Shown one piece after another: positions 1 through 9,458 of a DNA stretch of 64,000 bases; position 1 is the stretch's first letter; each line of letters starts with the position of its first letter. The DNA is taken from assembly GCA_028286615.1 (NCBI GenBank), contig JAQBRG010000004.1:111867-175866 (forward strand). Direction: 5' to 3'. The stretch comes from Parcubacteria group bacterium (GTDB taxonomy: Bacteria; Patescibacteriota; Minisyncoccia; Phycocordibacterales; Phycocordibacteraceae). Made by a program: the position numbers and the translations under genes. The notes beneath the pieces are model-generated. The model was not told the DNA's origin, did not search any database, and was given only the letters and a program-made list of their open reading frames with translations.

Positions 1-434
1 CCGACATAAACCCTGTTGCGGTTGAGAATACAAATATTAACTTCAAGAAATTCAACCTTTCGAATGCGGTGGCTGTTGTGTCGGATGTATTTTCTAATGT
101 ACCCAAGAAGAAGTACGACTCAATAATCTTTAATCTTCCGTACCATGACGGGGTGCCTGCAAATGATCTGGAGAAAGGTGTTATTGATGCTGGCTATACA
201 GCAATGATCCAATTCTTTGCGCAGGCAAAACCTTTTCTCGCTGAGGATGGAAAGATGTATATAGGATTCTCTCAATCGGGAAATATTCAGAAGTTCATGG
301 AGACGCTGGAGGAAAATCACATTCAGATTGAAGATATGGAAGAAAAGAATTCGTGGGACCAGCCAGGGTACACAGGTTCTGATTTCCACTACAACTGTCA
401 GGTATATACGTGTTCCTTCAAGACAGCTGCATAA
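1..434 (+). CDS. Class I SAM-dependent methyltransferase (PrmC/HemK-like), 5'-truncated by the window
   Basis: Frame open from base 3: DINPVAVENTNIN...SDVFSNV...YDSIIFNLPYH (NPPY-like motif IV). Confidence 0.75.
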   Translation, partial: DINPVAVENTNINFKKFNLSNAVAVVSDVFSNVPKKKYDSIIFNLPYHDGVPANDLEKGVIDAGYTAMIQFFAQAKPFLAEDGKMYIGFSQSGNIQKFMETLEENHIQIEDMEEKNSWDQPGYTGSDFHYNCQVYTCSFKTAA

Positions 435-439
435 ATCCC

Positions 440-2209
440 GTGAAGAACCCCTCTCGCATTGAGTTGGTTGATTTCGAGTCTGTAAAGGACATTCTTAAAA
501 ATGTTTCTGCAGATAATTCTGGATACCACTCTATTCCTACAGGTAATGTAAAAGCTCTAGAAGCTTTTCTCCTCAAGAAGAAGGGAAACATAACCAGAGT
601 AGAGTATGCGAAAGGGGAAGATGTAGTGCAAAAAGGAGTCGTTACTTTTAAGTCTTTGAAGAACAACACAGAGTTCTCCTATGCGCAGGTGCCGCTCGGC
701 ATCGTCCTAAAAGGAAGTCTCGTTGTTCTTAAGAACGGAAGAGGAACAAAGACTCTTTCAGAGGGGGACTTTCTAGGCCTCTTTGAAACAAGTGATTGGT
801 TGCTTACAAAACATACGCGTCACATAGGGGATTGGACGCTCGTAGCAGATACCGATACGAAAGTAGCGTTCTTCGACAAGAGCCTTCTTTCTGAAAGTAA
901 CCCAGAGGCAGAAGGTTTTAGGGACTATCTAATAGAGCTAGCTCGGGCAGATCACGTCCCGCAGCCTATTAGCACGTTGCCGCTTCTAGATTGGATCGCT
1001 GCACACACTACGCGCAAACGCCTGGATGATTGCGCTGTAGTAGTTCATACACACCTATTACCAAATAGTTTCCCTTTCTTTCGTCACCTCGCTCACTTGG
1101 TTGGTCCCGGTCGTATCTTTATCTTAGAGAAACCGTACTCAACTATTCGTTCAGTCTTCAATGATCTGGTGAGGTCTGGATATGACGTGACGCAGGTTCG
1201 TATGGAGCAAGATATGCCCTACGAGTTTGCTACACAGAAGAGTACAGAGATCTTATGGCGAAAGGTTGTTCAACTTCAGAAGAAACAAGGCTTCAAGAAA
1301 ATACTTGTAGTAGATGATGGAGGAGATCTGTGGCTGTCTATTCCATGGCAAGAGCTTAATGGAGTGGAGATAGTGGGCGTTGAACAAACTCAACGGGGCA
1401 TAGCTCGTATAGAAGGCGGAGGTGTAAGGACTCCACCCATAGTGAGTGTTGCGTCTTCAGGGATAAAGAAGTTAGTTGAATCTGAATTCATAGGCATCTC
1501 GGTTGTTAAAAAACTGAAGGAAGTCGGGGCCCTTGATGCTGCAAAGCAAATAGGAATACTTGGCGTGGGTAGCATAGGCGCTGCTGTAGAACGAGCGCTT
1601 GTCGCTGAAGGACGCACGGTTATTTGTTATGACCCTGCGTATCACTCGTCTACTTTGAAGCCAGGTAATGCCATCAGTTCAATAGACGTTCTTTTGAATA
1701 AGAGCGATCTCATTATCGGAACTGTCGGCGATGATTCCGTAATCGGCACAGCGTTAGAGCGTGTTTCAGGAGATAAGGTTTTTGCAAGCGCATCGTCAGC
1801 AGACATAGAGTTCGGATCGCTACTCAAGCTTGCAGAACCCTCGTTGGATATCTTTGGTACAAGGACAGTGCAGGTACATAAAGACTTTCGTATACAGATC
1901 CTAAACGGAGGTTACCCAATCAACTTTGACCGCATAAAGGACTCAACTCCCGACGAAGATATCGTTCTAACACGCTGCCTCCTCTACATAGGAGCTATGC
2001 AGGCCGCACATCTTCTTTCAGAACATATACAGAAGCCTGGACTCTATGATCTAGACAAGGTCTCGCAGCAACATCTCCTAAAGCGTTGGATTGAATATAA
2101 ACGCCAGCTTGGACAGAAACATCACGTGAAAGACGAAGATGTGGCTAAGATTCTCGCATATAGTTCGCTAAAGGACGCCATGAGGACACCTAGTGTCTGG
2201 GAGGAGTAG
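440..2209 (+). CDS. Cyclic-nucleotide-binding-like domain fused to an S-adenosylhomocysteine hydrolase-like domain
   Basis: N-term YAKGEDVVQKG..IVLKGSLVV..LSEGDFLGLFE; C-term VDDGGDL, GVEQTQRG, Rossmann GVGSIG, NGGYPINF. GTG at 440 chosen (ORF open from 410). Confidence 0.65.
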   Translation: MKNPSRIELVDFESVKDILKNVSADNSGYHSIPTGNVKALEAFLLKKKGNITRVEYAKGEDVVQKGVVTFKSLKNNTEFSYAQVPLGIVLKGSLVVLKNGRGTKTLSEGDFLGLFETSDWLLTKHTRHIGDWTLVADTDTKVAFFDKSLLSESNPEAEGFRDYLIELARADHVPQPISTLPLLDWIAAHTTRKRLDDCAVVVHTHLLPNSFPFFRHLAHLVGPGRIFILEKPYSTIRSVFNDLVRSGYDVTQVRMEQDMPYEFATQKSTEILWRKVVQLQKKQGFKKILVVDDGGDLWLSIPWQELNGVEIVGVEQTQRGIARIEGGGVRTPPIVSVASSGIKKLVESEFIGISVVKKLKEVGALDAAKQIGILGVGSIGAAVERALVAEGRTVICYDPAYHSSTLKPGNAISSIDVLLNKSDLIIGTVGDDSVIGTALERVSGDKVFASASSADIEFGSLLKLAEPSLDIFGTRTVQVHKDFRIQILNGGYPINFDRIKDSTPDEDIVLTRCLLYIGAMQAAHLLSEHIQKPGLYDLDKVSQQHLLKRWIEYKRQLGQKHHVKDEDVAKILAYSSLKDAMRTPSVWEE

Positions 2210-2248
2210 CTTCATGCAAACCCAACCCTATAGGCGTAGTATGTTTCT

Positions 2249-3436
2249 ATGGAACCGCTCGCGGCACGCCTCCGGCCCAAAACCATAGACGAAGTGGTGG
2301 GACAGGAGCATTTGGTAGGGGAAGGGAAGCCTCTTCGAGTTGCTATAGAGAAGAAACATCTCTTCTCCTTTTTGCTATGGGGACCTCCGGGAACAGGAAA
2401 GACAACCATTGCTCGTATATATGCGAACGCGCTCGATGCAGACCTATACGAACTCTCTGCAGTCTCAGCAGGGAAGGAAGACATTCGGCAGATTGTTGAG
2501 GGGAATACGCCCAAGAAGAAAAGAGGAGACTTCCAAGAACCTTTTAGCTCAGATGTGTTCGCGCCTTCGAAACCAAAACTCTTGTTTCTAGATGAGATAC
2601 ATCGTTTTAACAAAGCCCAACAAGATTTCTTGCTTCCATATGTTGAAAGCGGACAGCTAACTCTTATAGGAGCAACAACGGAGAATCCGTCATTCGAAGT
2701 TATTCCCGCACTTCTCTCTCGTGCACGCGTATTTGTGCTTGAACCGCTCTCAGAAGAGGCACTACGCTCCATTGTGTCTCGTGCGGGTGTAAAGCTTGGT
2801 AGCGACGCGTTTGAGTGGCTTATGGGCTATGCCAATGGCGATGCTCGCAAGGCTCTCGGACTCCTTGAAGGCGTAATAGCTCTCTATGGAAAAAAGATTA
2901 CGGTTGCGAACCTAAACAAAGCACTTGAGTCTCCGCACCTTCGCTACGACAAGAAGGGAGAAGAACACTACGACACCATCTCAGCGTTCATTAAAAGCAT
3001 GCGAGCCTCACAACCTGATGCTTCTATATACTATCTAGCTCGCATGGTTGAAGCCGGCGAAGATCCACTTTTCATTGCGCGTCGCATGGTTATATTCGCT
3101 TCTGAAGATATAGGACTTGCTCAACCAACCGCTCTTGTTGTTGCGAACGCAGTGTTCCGCGCTTGCGAGGTTATTGGATACCCAGAATGCGCTATTAACC
3201 TCGCGCATGGCGTTGCATACCTTGCTCGCTGCAAGAAGACTAAGTCTGCGTATGAAGCACTAAGGGCGGCACAGGCGGACATTGCTAAGTACGGGAATCT
3301 TCCAATACCTAAGAAGATACGAAATGCGCCAACCAAGCTCATGAAAGACCTAGATTATGGCAAAGGGTATGAACGATACGATACCGAGAGTTATTTACCG
3401 GAGAAGTTGAAGGACAGGAAATACTTGGAGGAGTAA
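2249..3436 (+). CDS. rarA: Replication-associated recombination protein A (RarA/MgsA AAA+ ATPase)
   Basis: PLAARLRP, GPPGTGKT, DEIHRFNKAQQD, GATTENPSF, YDKKGEEHYDTISAFIKS. Confidence 0.95.
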   Translation: MEPLAARLRPKTIDEVVGQEHLVGEGKPLRVAIEKKHLFSFLLWGPPGTGKTTIARIYANALDADLYELSAVSAGKEDIRQIVEGNTPKKKRGDFQEPFSSDVFAPSKPKLLFLDEIHRFNKAQQDFLLPYVESGQLTLIGATTENPSFEVIPALLSRARVFVLEPLSEEALRSIVSRAGVKLGSDAFEWLMGYANGDARKALGLLEGVIALYGKKITVANLNKALESPHLRYDKKGEEHYDTISAFIKSMRASQPDASIYYLARMVEAGEDPLFIARRMVIFASEDIGLAQPTALVVANAVFRACEVIGYPECAINLAHGVAYLARCKKTKSAYEALRAAQADIAKYGNLPIPKKIRNAPTKLMKDLDYGKGYERYDTESYLPEKLKDRKYLEE

Positions 3437-3440
3437 AAAG

Positions 3441-3470
3441 AAATCGCACTGATAGAAATCAGCGCGATTT
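3441..3470. terminator. Bidirectional intrinsic terminator
   Basis: aaatcgcactgat-agaa-atcagcgcgattt between convergent genes. Confidence 0.6.
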
Positions 3471-3498
3471 GATGAATGAACATCCAGGAACTAAAACA

Positions 3499-3978
3499 CT
3501 ATTCTTCTAATGGATGAGGGAACCAGAAAGGATTAATAGATAATCTTTTGGCTTTATCCGTAGATAGAAGCTTCTGGCGTTCTCCATTTCGAGACTGCAT
3601 CTTAACCAGGCTCCCCTTTGCGTGTCTGATGCACCCAGATGTAAATCGCTGCTGTTGCTTGATGAAGTAGTAGGCAGCAGCTTGAGCATGAAGAGCGAGC
3701 TGCTCCTCTGTTTCGGCCAGCTCGATGTTGCAAACGTGAAAGTAGTTAGTCCAGACGCCGGCTTTTGGGAGAAGGTGAACAACGAAGTTCCCACCATCTT
3801 CGCCACCCGGGCAGTGCCGGAAGTCCCACGCTTCGTAGGGAAGTTCTTCATTTGCGAGCAGGAGCTCGTTCATGAAAACCTCTACGAACAGAAATGCGGT
3901 TGGCATAGCCCGACTCTGATCGATTGTGTCGGGTTCGATAAACCACTTGTCGTCTTGGCTATAAGTAATCGAGGTCAT
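3499..3978 (-). CDS. Hypothetical protein (SD-led orphan cassette)
   Basis: 159-aa ORF; AAAGGG upstream of ATG 3978; no recognised family. Confidence 0.6.
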   Translation of the reverse strand: MTSITYSQDDKWFIEPDTIDQSRAMPTAFLFVEVFMNELLLANEELPYEAWDFRHCPGGEDGGNFVVHLLPKAGVWTNYFHVCNIELAETEEQLALHAQAAAYYFIKQQQRFTSGCIRHAKGSLVKMQSRNGERQKLLSTDKAKRLSINPFWFPHPLEE

Positions 3979-4084
3979 GATTCGCCCTTTCAAGGTGCAT
4001 TGTTCCTATCAGTCGCCGAACGATTTCAGCGCCTGAATAAGAGGGAGAAGCATGCTTCTCCCAAGTTCTTGTCAGTCCGGACAC

Positions 4085-4450
4085 CTACTCCCTAGGTTGG
4101 GGATGCAAGCTCCATGCCGCAGCAACCAGTTCGTCAGGAGTCGGGCCATTCAGAAGACCAAAGATATCGAGCCCTGCTTCCTCTTTGTATTGACTAAAGA
4201 GCACCACGCCCATCCCTCCGTCAGCCCTAGCGTTCGAGCTCCCTTCCCCAATCATCTTACCGAGAGTGGCAATAGAGTTCTTGCAGCAGGAACAGACGCC
4301 GAAGAGAAGAATTTCGGGACGCTCTTCCAGCGGGCTCACCATTCTTGCGCCGACAGCTTCAAAGGCTGCACGCACATCAGCGGGAATAGTCTTACCAGAC
4401 TGGTGAGAGTAGTAGCCGACACGGGTCTTACGACCAACCATGAAGTTCAT
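4085..4450 (-). CDS. Hypothetical protein (SD-led orphan cassette)
   Basis: AAGGAGG before ATG 4450; TTGACT-N17-CATACT promoter upstream. Confidence 0.6.
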   Translation of the reverse strand: MNFMVGRKTRVGYYSHQSGKTIPADVRAAFEAVGARMVSPLEERPEILLFGVCSCCKNSIATLGKMIGEGSSNARADGGMGVVLFSQYKEEAGLDIFGLLNGPTPDELVAAAWSLHPQPRE

Positions 4451-4603
4451 TCGAGTGCCCCTCCTTAGGGCATTGGTGCAAGGCACCGTTTAAATGGAAG
4501 TTTCAATTTGACTCTGGTGAGAAGTATGTCATAAGTATCAAAATAGTCAAGTAATGTCGGACATGTGTTGACAAGTCTTCGACAACAAATTAGGCTGTAT
4601 CTA

Positions 4604-5362
4604 ATGGATGAAAAACTCCTAGAACCGCTGAATCTTAATGAAAGCGAGATAGCCGTATACCAGGCCGTGCTTCGAAGTGGAGCCATCGCGCCGGCAGACC
4701 TTGCTAAGGCTTCGGGAATTAAACGCACAACCGCCTACAGCGTTGCTCGTTCCTTGGTAGATAAAGGACTGCTTTCGGAAGATGCCACTCGCAGACCTCG
4801 AGTATTTACCCCCTCAACTCCTGAGCAGGTGTCCGGCCTTATTGAAACGGAAAGGCGACAACTTGTCTTAAAAGAGGAATCTCTTAATAAGGTTGCTGCA
4901 GAGCTTGCTAAGCTCTCAGCTAAAACGACCTACCCTGTTCCAACGGTACGTTTTATAGAGGAAGCGAAGATTGATTCGTTTCTCAGGCAACAGACACCAA
5001 TATGGGATAAGAATCTTAAGGAGACTGAGCCAACATGGTGGGGCTTCCAAGACCATACATTTGTAGAGCACTTTGCTAAATGGATTAGCTGGTATTGGAA
5101 CCAGTCTTCTAAAGATGTGAATCTCAAACTTCTATCAAACAGGGCACCAGCCGAGGTTGCTTTTGGAGATAAGTACGCAGATCAGCGACATATTAAGTTC
5201 TGGGGTGAAGCAAATAACTTTATGTCTACTACATGGATCATAGGAGACTACATAGTGATGATTAATACACGAGCCAAACCTTTCTATCTTGTAGAGATAC
5301 ACGACAAGCTTATGGCACACGATCAACGAGAAGTATTTAGGAATCTATGGGATTTGGTGTAG
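4604..5362 (+). CDS. TrmB-family transcriptional regulator
   Basis: LNLNESEIAVYQAVL..DLAKASGIKRTTAYSVARSLVDKGLL HTH; TTGACA-N17-TAGGCT 7 nt before ATG (leaderless). Confidence 0.85.
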   Translation: MDEKLLEPLNLNESEIAVYQAVLRSGAIAPADLAKASGIKRTTAYSVARSLVDKGLLSEDATRRPRVFTPSTPEQVSGLIETERRQLVLKEESLNKVAAELAKLSAKTTYPVPTVRFIEEAKIDSFLRQQTPIWDKNLKETEPTWWGFQDHTFVEHFAKWISWYWNQSSKDVNLKLLSNRAPAEVAFGDKYADQRHIKFWGEANNFMSTTWIIGDYIVMINTRAKPFYLVEIHDKLMAHDQREVFRNLWDLV

Positions 5363-5372
5363 GCTAGCGAAT

Positions 5373-5933
5373 ATGAAAATCGGCATCATGGGCGCGCAGG
5401 GAAGCTTCTCGGAAGAAGCAGCAAGGAAGTATGTAGAGAAAGAGTCGTTAGAGAATGTAGACATTGAATACCTCATATCAGCTGAACGCGTACTCTCAGC
5501 TCTTGAGGCAGGAGAGATAGACCTCGGAGTATTCCCAATAGAAAACAGCAACGGCGGCATTGTTATAGAAGCCGTGCACGCCATGGCAGCACACCGCTTC
5601 AAGGTTAAGAAGATGTTTGAGATTGACGTGCACCAGAACCTGCTCGCTATGAAGGGAGTAAATCCAGAACAGATAACACTTATAACCTCGCACGACCAAG
5701 CACTGAAGCAATGTCGTATGTATTTAAAACGTAAGTGGCCAGGCGTAGATATTCAGGAATACGCAGACACCGCCAAGGCAGCACAGGATCTTGCTTCCGG
5801 AGCACTTCCTCCAACAACTGCTGTTATTGCTTCACGCGCTGCAGCAGACTTATACAACCTAGAGATTCTCGAAGAGAGTATTCAGGATCTGAAATTTAAC
5901 TACACGAGTTTCGTTGTTGCAGAGAAGATCTAG
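5373..5933 (+). CDS. pheA: Prephenate dehydratase catalytic domain (no ACT domain)
   Basis: GAQGSFSEEAA, PIENSNGG, SHDQALKQC, IQDLKFNYTSF. Confidence 0.85.
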   Translation: MKIGIMGAQGSFSEEAARKYVEKESLENVDIEYLISAERVLSALEAGEIDLGVFPIENSNGGIVIEAVHAMAAHRFKVKKMFEIDVHQNLLAMKGVNPEQITLITSHDQALKQCRMYLKRKWPGVDIQEYADTAKAAQDLASGALPPTTAVIASRAAADLYNLEILEESIQDLKFNYTSFVVAEKI

Positions 5934-5940
5934 CAAAAAG

Positions 5941-5966
5941 AAAAACCCCGCATCTGCGGGGTTTTT
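5941..5966. terminator. Bidirectional intrinsic terminator
   Basis: aaaaaccccgc-atct-gcggggttttt. Confidence 0.8.
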
Positions 5967-5981
5967 CTTTAAGCAAACTGC

Positions 5982-6254
5982 TTATTTAACTGAATCCTTA
6001 AGGGCCTTTGCGGCGCGGAACTTAGGAGTACGAGTTGCAGCGATCTTGATAGTCTCGCCGGTACGTGGGTTGCGGCCAGTACGAGCTGGACGAGCCTTGG
6101 CGCTGAAGATGCCGAGACCTGCGATTGAAACTTCGTCACCAGACTTAAGGCCTGTTGTGATGCTCTCGATAACAGCTTCAACTGCGCGCTCTGCATCAGC
6201 CTTTGTGCTGCCGAGAACGTCCTGCACCTTTGCTGCAATATCTGCTTTATTCAT
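5982..6254 (-). CDS. hup: DNA-binding protein HU
   Basis: MNKADIA..GLGIFSAKARPARTGRNPRTGETIKIAA..PKFRAAKALKD. Confidence 0.95.
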   Translation of the reverse strand: MNKADIAAKVQDVLGSTKADAERAVEAVIESITTGLKSGDEVSIAGLGIFSAKARPARTGRNPRTGETIKIAATRTPKFRAAKALKDSVK

Positions 6255-6411
6255 AGTACTTGTTTTTGGGTTAATCCCTTCCGGGGTTCTTACGAGCCCC
6301 TCGGGAGGGCTATGCTCAAAAGTATAGGAAATGAGCCATATTACGCAAGAGGGCTTGAAAAAATCGGTGGATAAGGTGAAATTAGGAATTTCAGCAGATT
6401 ATACTGTTTAC

Positions 6412-6708
6412 ATGAGCATGGAACATGGTGGAACTTTAAATCATGGAGAGAATCTAAATAGAGAAAAGAGGCATCCAACCCGTGAAGAGTACGAAGCTAA
6501 GGTTGTGGCAGATCTCGAGCAACAATTTAAAACGATTAGAGAGAATCTAAACAACGGCAAGCGCGGTATAAGTAAGTATTTAACTGGATATGCTTATGAC
6601 AGGCTGCTAGAACTAGAGGAAAAGAAGCACATACCAGCTGACATAGCAGAAAGACTGCGCGACGAGGCGGATAAGTTCTTTGATGAGCTGGGAGAAAAGG
6701 CAGCTTAA
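6412..6708 (+). CDS. Hypothetical protein
   Basis: TATACT 6 nt before ATG 6412; charged 98-aa ORF. Confidence 0.6.
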   Translation: MSMEHGGTLNHGENLNREKRHPTREEYEAKVVADLEQQFKTIRENLNNGKRGISKYLTGYAYDRLLELEEKKHIPADIAERLRDEADKFFDELGEKAA

Positions 6709-6713
6709 AATAG

Positions 6714-6748
6714 TTGACTTACAAGTATACTTTAAAGTATACTTGTAA
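6714..6748 (+). promoter_or_regulatory. Toxin-antitoxin promoter with 30-bp perfect palindromic operator
   Basis: TTGACT (6714) -N18- TATACT (6738); ttacaagtatactttaaagtatacttgtaa at 6719-6748 is self-complementary. Confidence 0.75.
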
Positions 6749-6749
6749 C

Positions 6750-6995
6750 ATGACTCCTCAAATCATTGGCATTAAAGAATTACAGAACAAATTAAAGTAC
6801 GTAGCTGATGCAACGCTGCTTGGTGTTTCTTTTACTGTAGTGCGTGGTTCTAAGCCAGTTTTTCGCATCGAGCCAATTCTTCCTACTAAACGAACAGGTA
6901 CATTAGAGGACGCATTTAAGGCCTTGGCTTTTAAAGGAGAAAAGGATTTATCTCAGCGAATTGACGACATCGTATATGGCGGGAAACTTCATTGA
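6750..6995 (+). CDS. Phd/YefM-like antitoxin
   Basis: IIGIKELQNKL..FTVVRGSKPVFRIEP; directly upstream of a PIN gene. Confidence 0.75.
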   Translation: MTPQIIGIKELQNKLKYVADATLLGVSFTVVRGSKPVFRIEPILPTKRTGTLEDAFKALAFKGEKDLSQRIDDIVYGGKLH

Positions 6996-7371
6996 TACAA
7001 GCGTTCTCATTTCATTCTTCAATGAAAAAGACTCGCTGCATGAGCGAGCTCAGTTAATTTTAAGAGAGATCCAAAAACCCCTGCTTGTGCATGAATACGT
7101 AGTCTTAGAAACCGCTACTGTGCTTATGAATCGAGTTGGAAAATCCTCGGCAGATGAGTTTATGCGAATAACGCTGGGAAATGCAGACTTTGAACTCCAC
7201 TTGAGCTCAGAGGTAGGATTCCTTGCTTCAGCAGAAACTTTTGTTCAGAATCAAAACAAACTTTCTTTTGTAGACACGGCGTTGCTCTCTTTGTCAGGAA
7301 CTAGTCAAATTATTACCTTTGACGAAGAACTTAACCGTGCAATTAAGAAGCGTAAGGAAAAGAAAGATTAG
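6976..7371 (+). CDS. vapC: PIN-domain (VapC-like) toxin
   Basis: FIDTSVLI, VVLETATVL, LSFVDT, IITFDEEL acidic PIN residues. Confidence 0.85.
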   Translation: MAGNFIDTSVLISFFNEKDSLHERAQLILREIQKPLLVHEYVVLETATVLMNRVGKSSADEFMRITLGNADFELHLSSEVGFLASAETFVQNQNKLSFVDTALLSLSGTSQIITFDEELNRAIKKRKEKKD

Positions 7372-8897
7372 CGAGCAAACTCAACAACTCGGTTCTCACG
7401 TATAACGTTAACCTTAATCTCTCCAGGATAACGGAGTTCCTTTTGAATACGCTCAGATATTTCGCGTGCCAGTTTGTGCATCGCGAGGTCCGTAACCTTG
7501 CCCGGATTAACGAACACACGTATCTCGCGGCCTGCAGATATGGCATATACCTTCTCAACTCCAGGGAAGGTTGAAGCAATTCGCTCAAGATCTCCAAGGC
7601 GTTCAAGATATCGCTCAACAGTGTCGCGACGTGCGCCAGGACGTCCCGCAGATATGGCATCTGCAACCTGCACAATTATAGATTCAGGTGTTTCATACGG
7701 ATATTCCTCGTGATGCGATTGCATCGCTTGGATTATTTCTTTCTTAACACCGAACTTCTCAAGAATACGACGACCTATCTCAACGTGCGTACCCTGCACT
7801 TCGTGGTCTACGGCTTTTCCAATGTCATGAAGAAGAGCACCTGCGCGAGCAGTTTGGGCATTAGCTCCAAGTTCTTCTGCGAGCATGCCGGCGATATGTG
7901 CCATTTCAATAGAGTGCTGCAGTACGTTCTGTCCGTAGCTCGTACGGAACCAGAGGCGCCCAAGAAGCGCTATAAGGCGAGGATCAAGACCAACGATACC
8001 AACTTCAAATGCAGCTTCTTCGCCCTTCTGCTTAATTGTCTCGTTAATCTCAGCCTTTGCTTTTGCAACGGTCTCTTCAATCTTTGCGGGCTGAATACGG
8101 CCATCAGTTAGAAGGCTTTCAAGTGCGAGCTTAGCTGTATGGCGGCGAAGCGGATCAAACGAAGAAAGCGTTATTTTGTCGGGTGCCTCATCGATTATTA
8201 CATCTACTCCCGTAGCGCGTTCAAAAGCTTTGATGTTGCGGCCATCCTTTCCGATTATCTTTCCCTTCATCTCCTCAGAAGGAATAGGTACTGAAAGCGT
8301 CATAACTTCCGCATTAACTGCGCTACCCATGCGATGTATAACGGAGAGAAGAATAGATTTAGCTCGAGCTTCAAGCTGCTCGCGTCCGTGAGCCTCAAGC
8401 TTCTGAAGACGAGAAAGAAAAGACTCTTCCTGAGAAGCCTCAACTTCTTTCATAAGTTCCTTGCTGGCTTCAAGTTCAGAAAGGCGGCCAATGCGTACGA
8501 GCTCTTGGCGGCGTTCAGCAAGCGTCTTCTCAGCTTCGCGCTTTACATTGGCTGCTTCGTTCTCACGGTTACGTATCTCCTCAGCTTCACTTGAGAGGTG
8601 TTGCTCTCGTTCATCAAGGAATTCCTCACGCTTTGCGATACGTTCTGCAGCCTTTGAAAGTTTCTCCTCACGAGCACGAAGAGGTTCCATGCGCTCTTTC
8701 TCAAGCTTTATGGCACGTTCTTCCGCTTCTGCGAGCAAACGGCTTGCGCGCTCCTTGGCCTCGAGCATCTTTTGCTTAACTTCAAGCTCCAAAGAGCCTC
8801 GTTGGGACAAGGAAATAAGCCACCTGAGCACATAGCCAAGCGCGATGCCGGCGGTGCCCGAAAGCGCCAGAAGAGCGAGAATGAGTTTTATAGACAT
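7368..8897 (-). CDS. rny: Ribonuclease Y
   Basis: N-term TM, coiled coil, KH (KGKIIGKDGRNI), HD (LLHDIGKA), ADAISAGRPGAR. Confidence 0.96.
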   Translation of the reverse strand: MSIKLILALLALSGTAGIALGYVLRWLISLSQRGSLELEVKQKMLEAKERASRLLAEAEERAIKLEKERMEPLRAREEKLSKAAERIAKREEFLDEREQHLSSEAEEIRNRENEAANVKREAEKTLAERRQELVRIGRLSELEASKELMKEVEASQEESFLSRLQKLEAHGREQLEARAKSILLSVIHRMGSAVNAEVMTLSVPIPSEEMKGKIIGKDGRNIKAFERATGVDVIIDEAPDKITLSSFDPLRRHTAKLALESLLTDGRIQPAKIEETVAKAKAEINETIKQKGEEAAFEVGIVGLDPRLIALLGRLWFRTSYGQNVLQHSIEMAHIAGMLAEELGANAQTARAGALLHDIGKAVDHEVQGTHVEIGRRILEKFGVKKEIIQAMQSHHEEYPYETPESIIVQVADAISAGRPGARRDTVERYLERLGDLERIASTFPGVEKVYAISAGREIRVFVNPGKVTDLAMHKLAREISERIQKELRYPGEIKVNVIRENRVVEFAR

Positions 8898-9023
8898 ACT
8901 GAAAGCCCGTATGGGGTTAATCCCACCTTACCGTAAAGGATATGAGGCGTAAATGAGAGGCTATTTGACTATGTAATTTACTCGTGCTCTTATACTCTCA
9001 ACCTAATCCAAAGGAGAAATGGG

Positions 9024-9407
9024 ATGAGGAAGTACCTTATAGTAAGCATCTTCGTTTTGGTTGCCGCTTGTGATCAGCCACCTCCTACTCCGCAACAGTC
9101 CGCGAAGCACTCCGCTGCTCTACAGGAGTGGAAAGACAACTGCACGGAGGAGAAACTCAAGACTTGTTTGGGGGCATTCGTGGTCTGGAGCAACTCCAGG
9201 ATCACACATATCGTGACGGGCCCTTCTCGGAGGGTGGGAGCAGACCTGCACGATGAGTACGCGACTTCCAATGGCTATATGAAGGATATGGTCGATCAAG
9301 ACACCAGCTACGGCTATATCGAAAAGATCGTGCGACCTGGCGAAGCTGACTGGTACGATACCGCCGTTGCGTTCAGTCGTCAGTTTTTGTACAAACCTGG
9401 GATGTAA
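9024..9407 (+). CDS. Putative lipoprotein (SD-led orphan cassette)
   Basis: MRKYLIVSIFVLVAAC lipobox; AAGGAG 7 nt upstream; terminator 9428-9455. Confidence 0.7.
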   Translation: MRKYLIVSIFVLVAACDQPPPTPQQSAKHSAALQEWKDNCTEEKLKTCLGAFVVWSNSRITHIVTGPSRRVGADLHDEYATSNGYMKDMVDQDTSYGYIEKIVRPGEADWYDTAVAFSRQFLYKPGM

Positions 9408-9427
9408 CACCAGACAAGCTAACGCAA

Positions 9428-9455
9428 AACGGCGCGGACTCACATCCGCGCCGTT
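9428..9455. terminator. Intrinsic terminator hairpin
   Basis: aacggcgcgga-ctcaca-tccgcgccgtt between convergent genes. Confidence 0.7.
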
Positions 9456-9458
9456 CGT

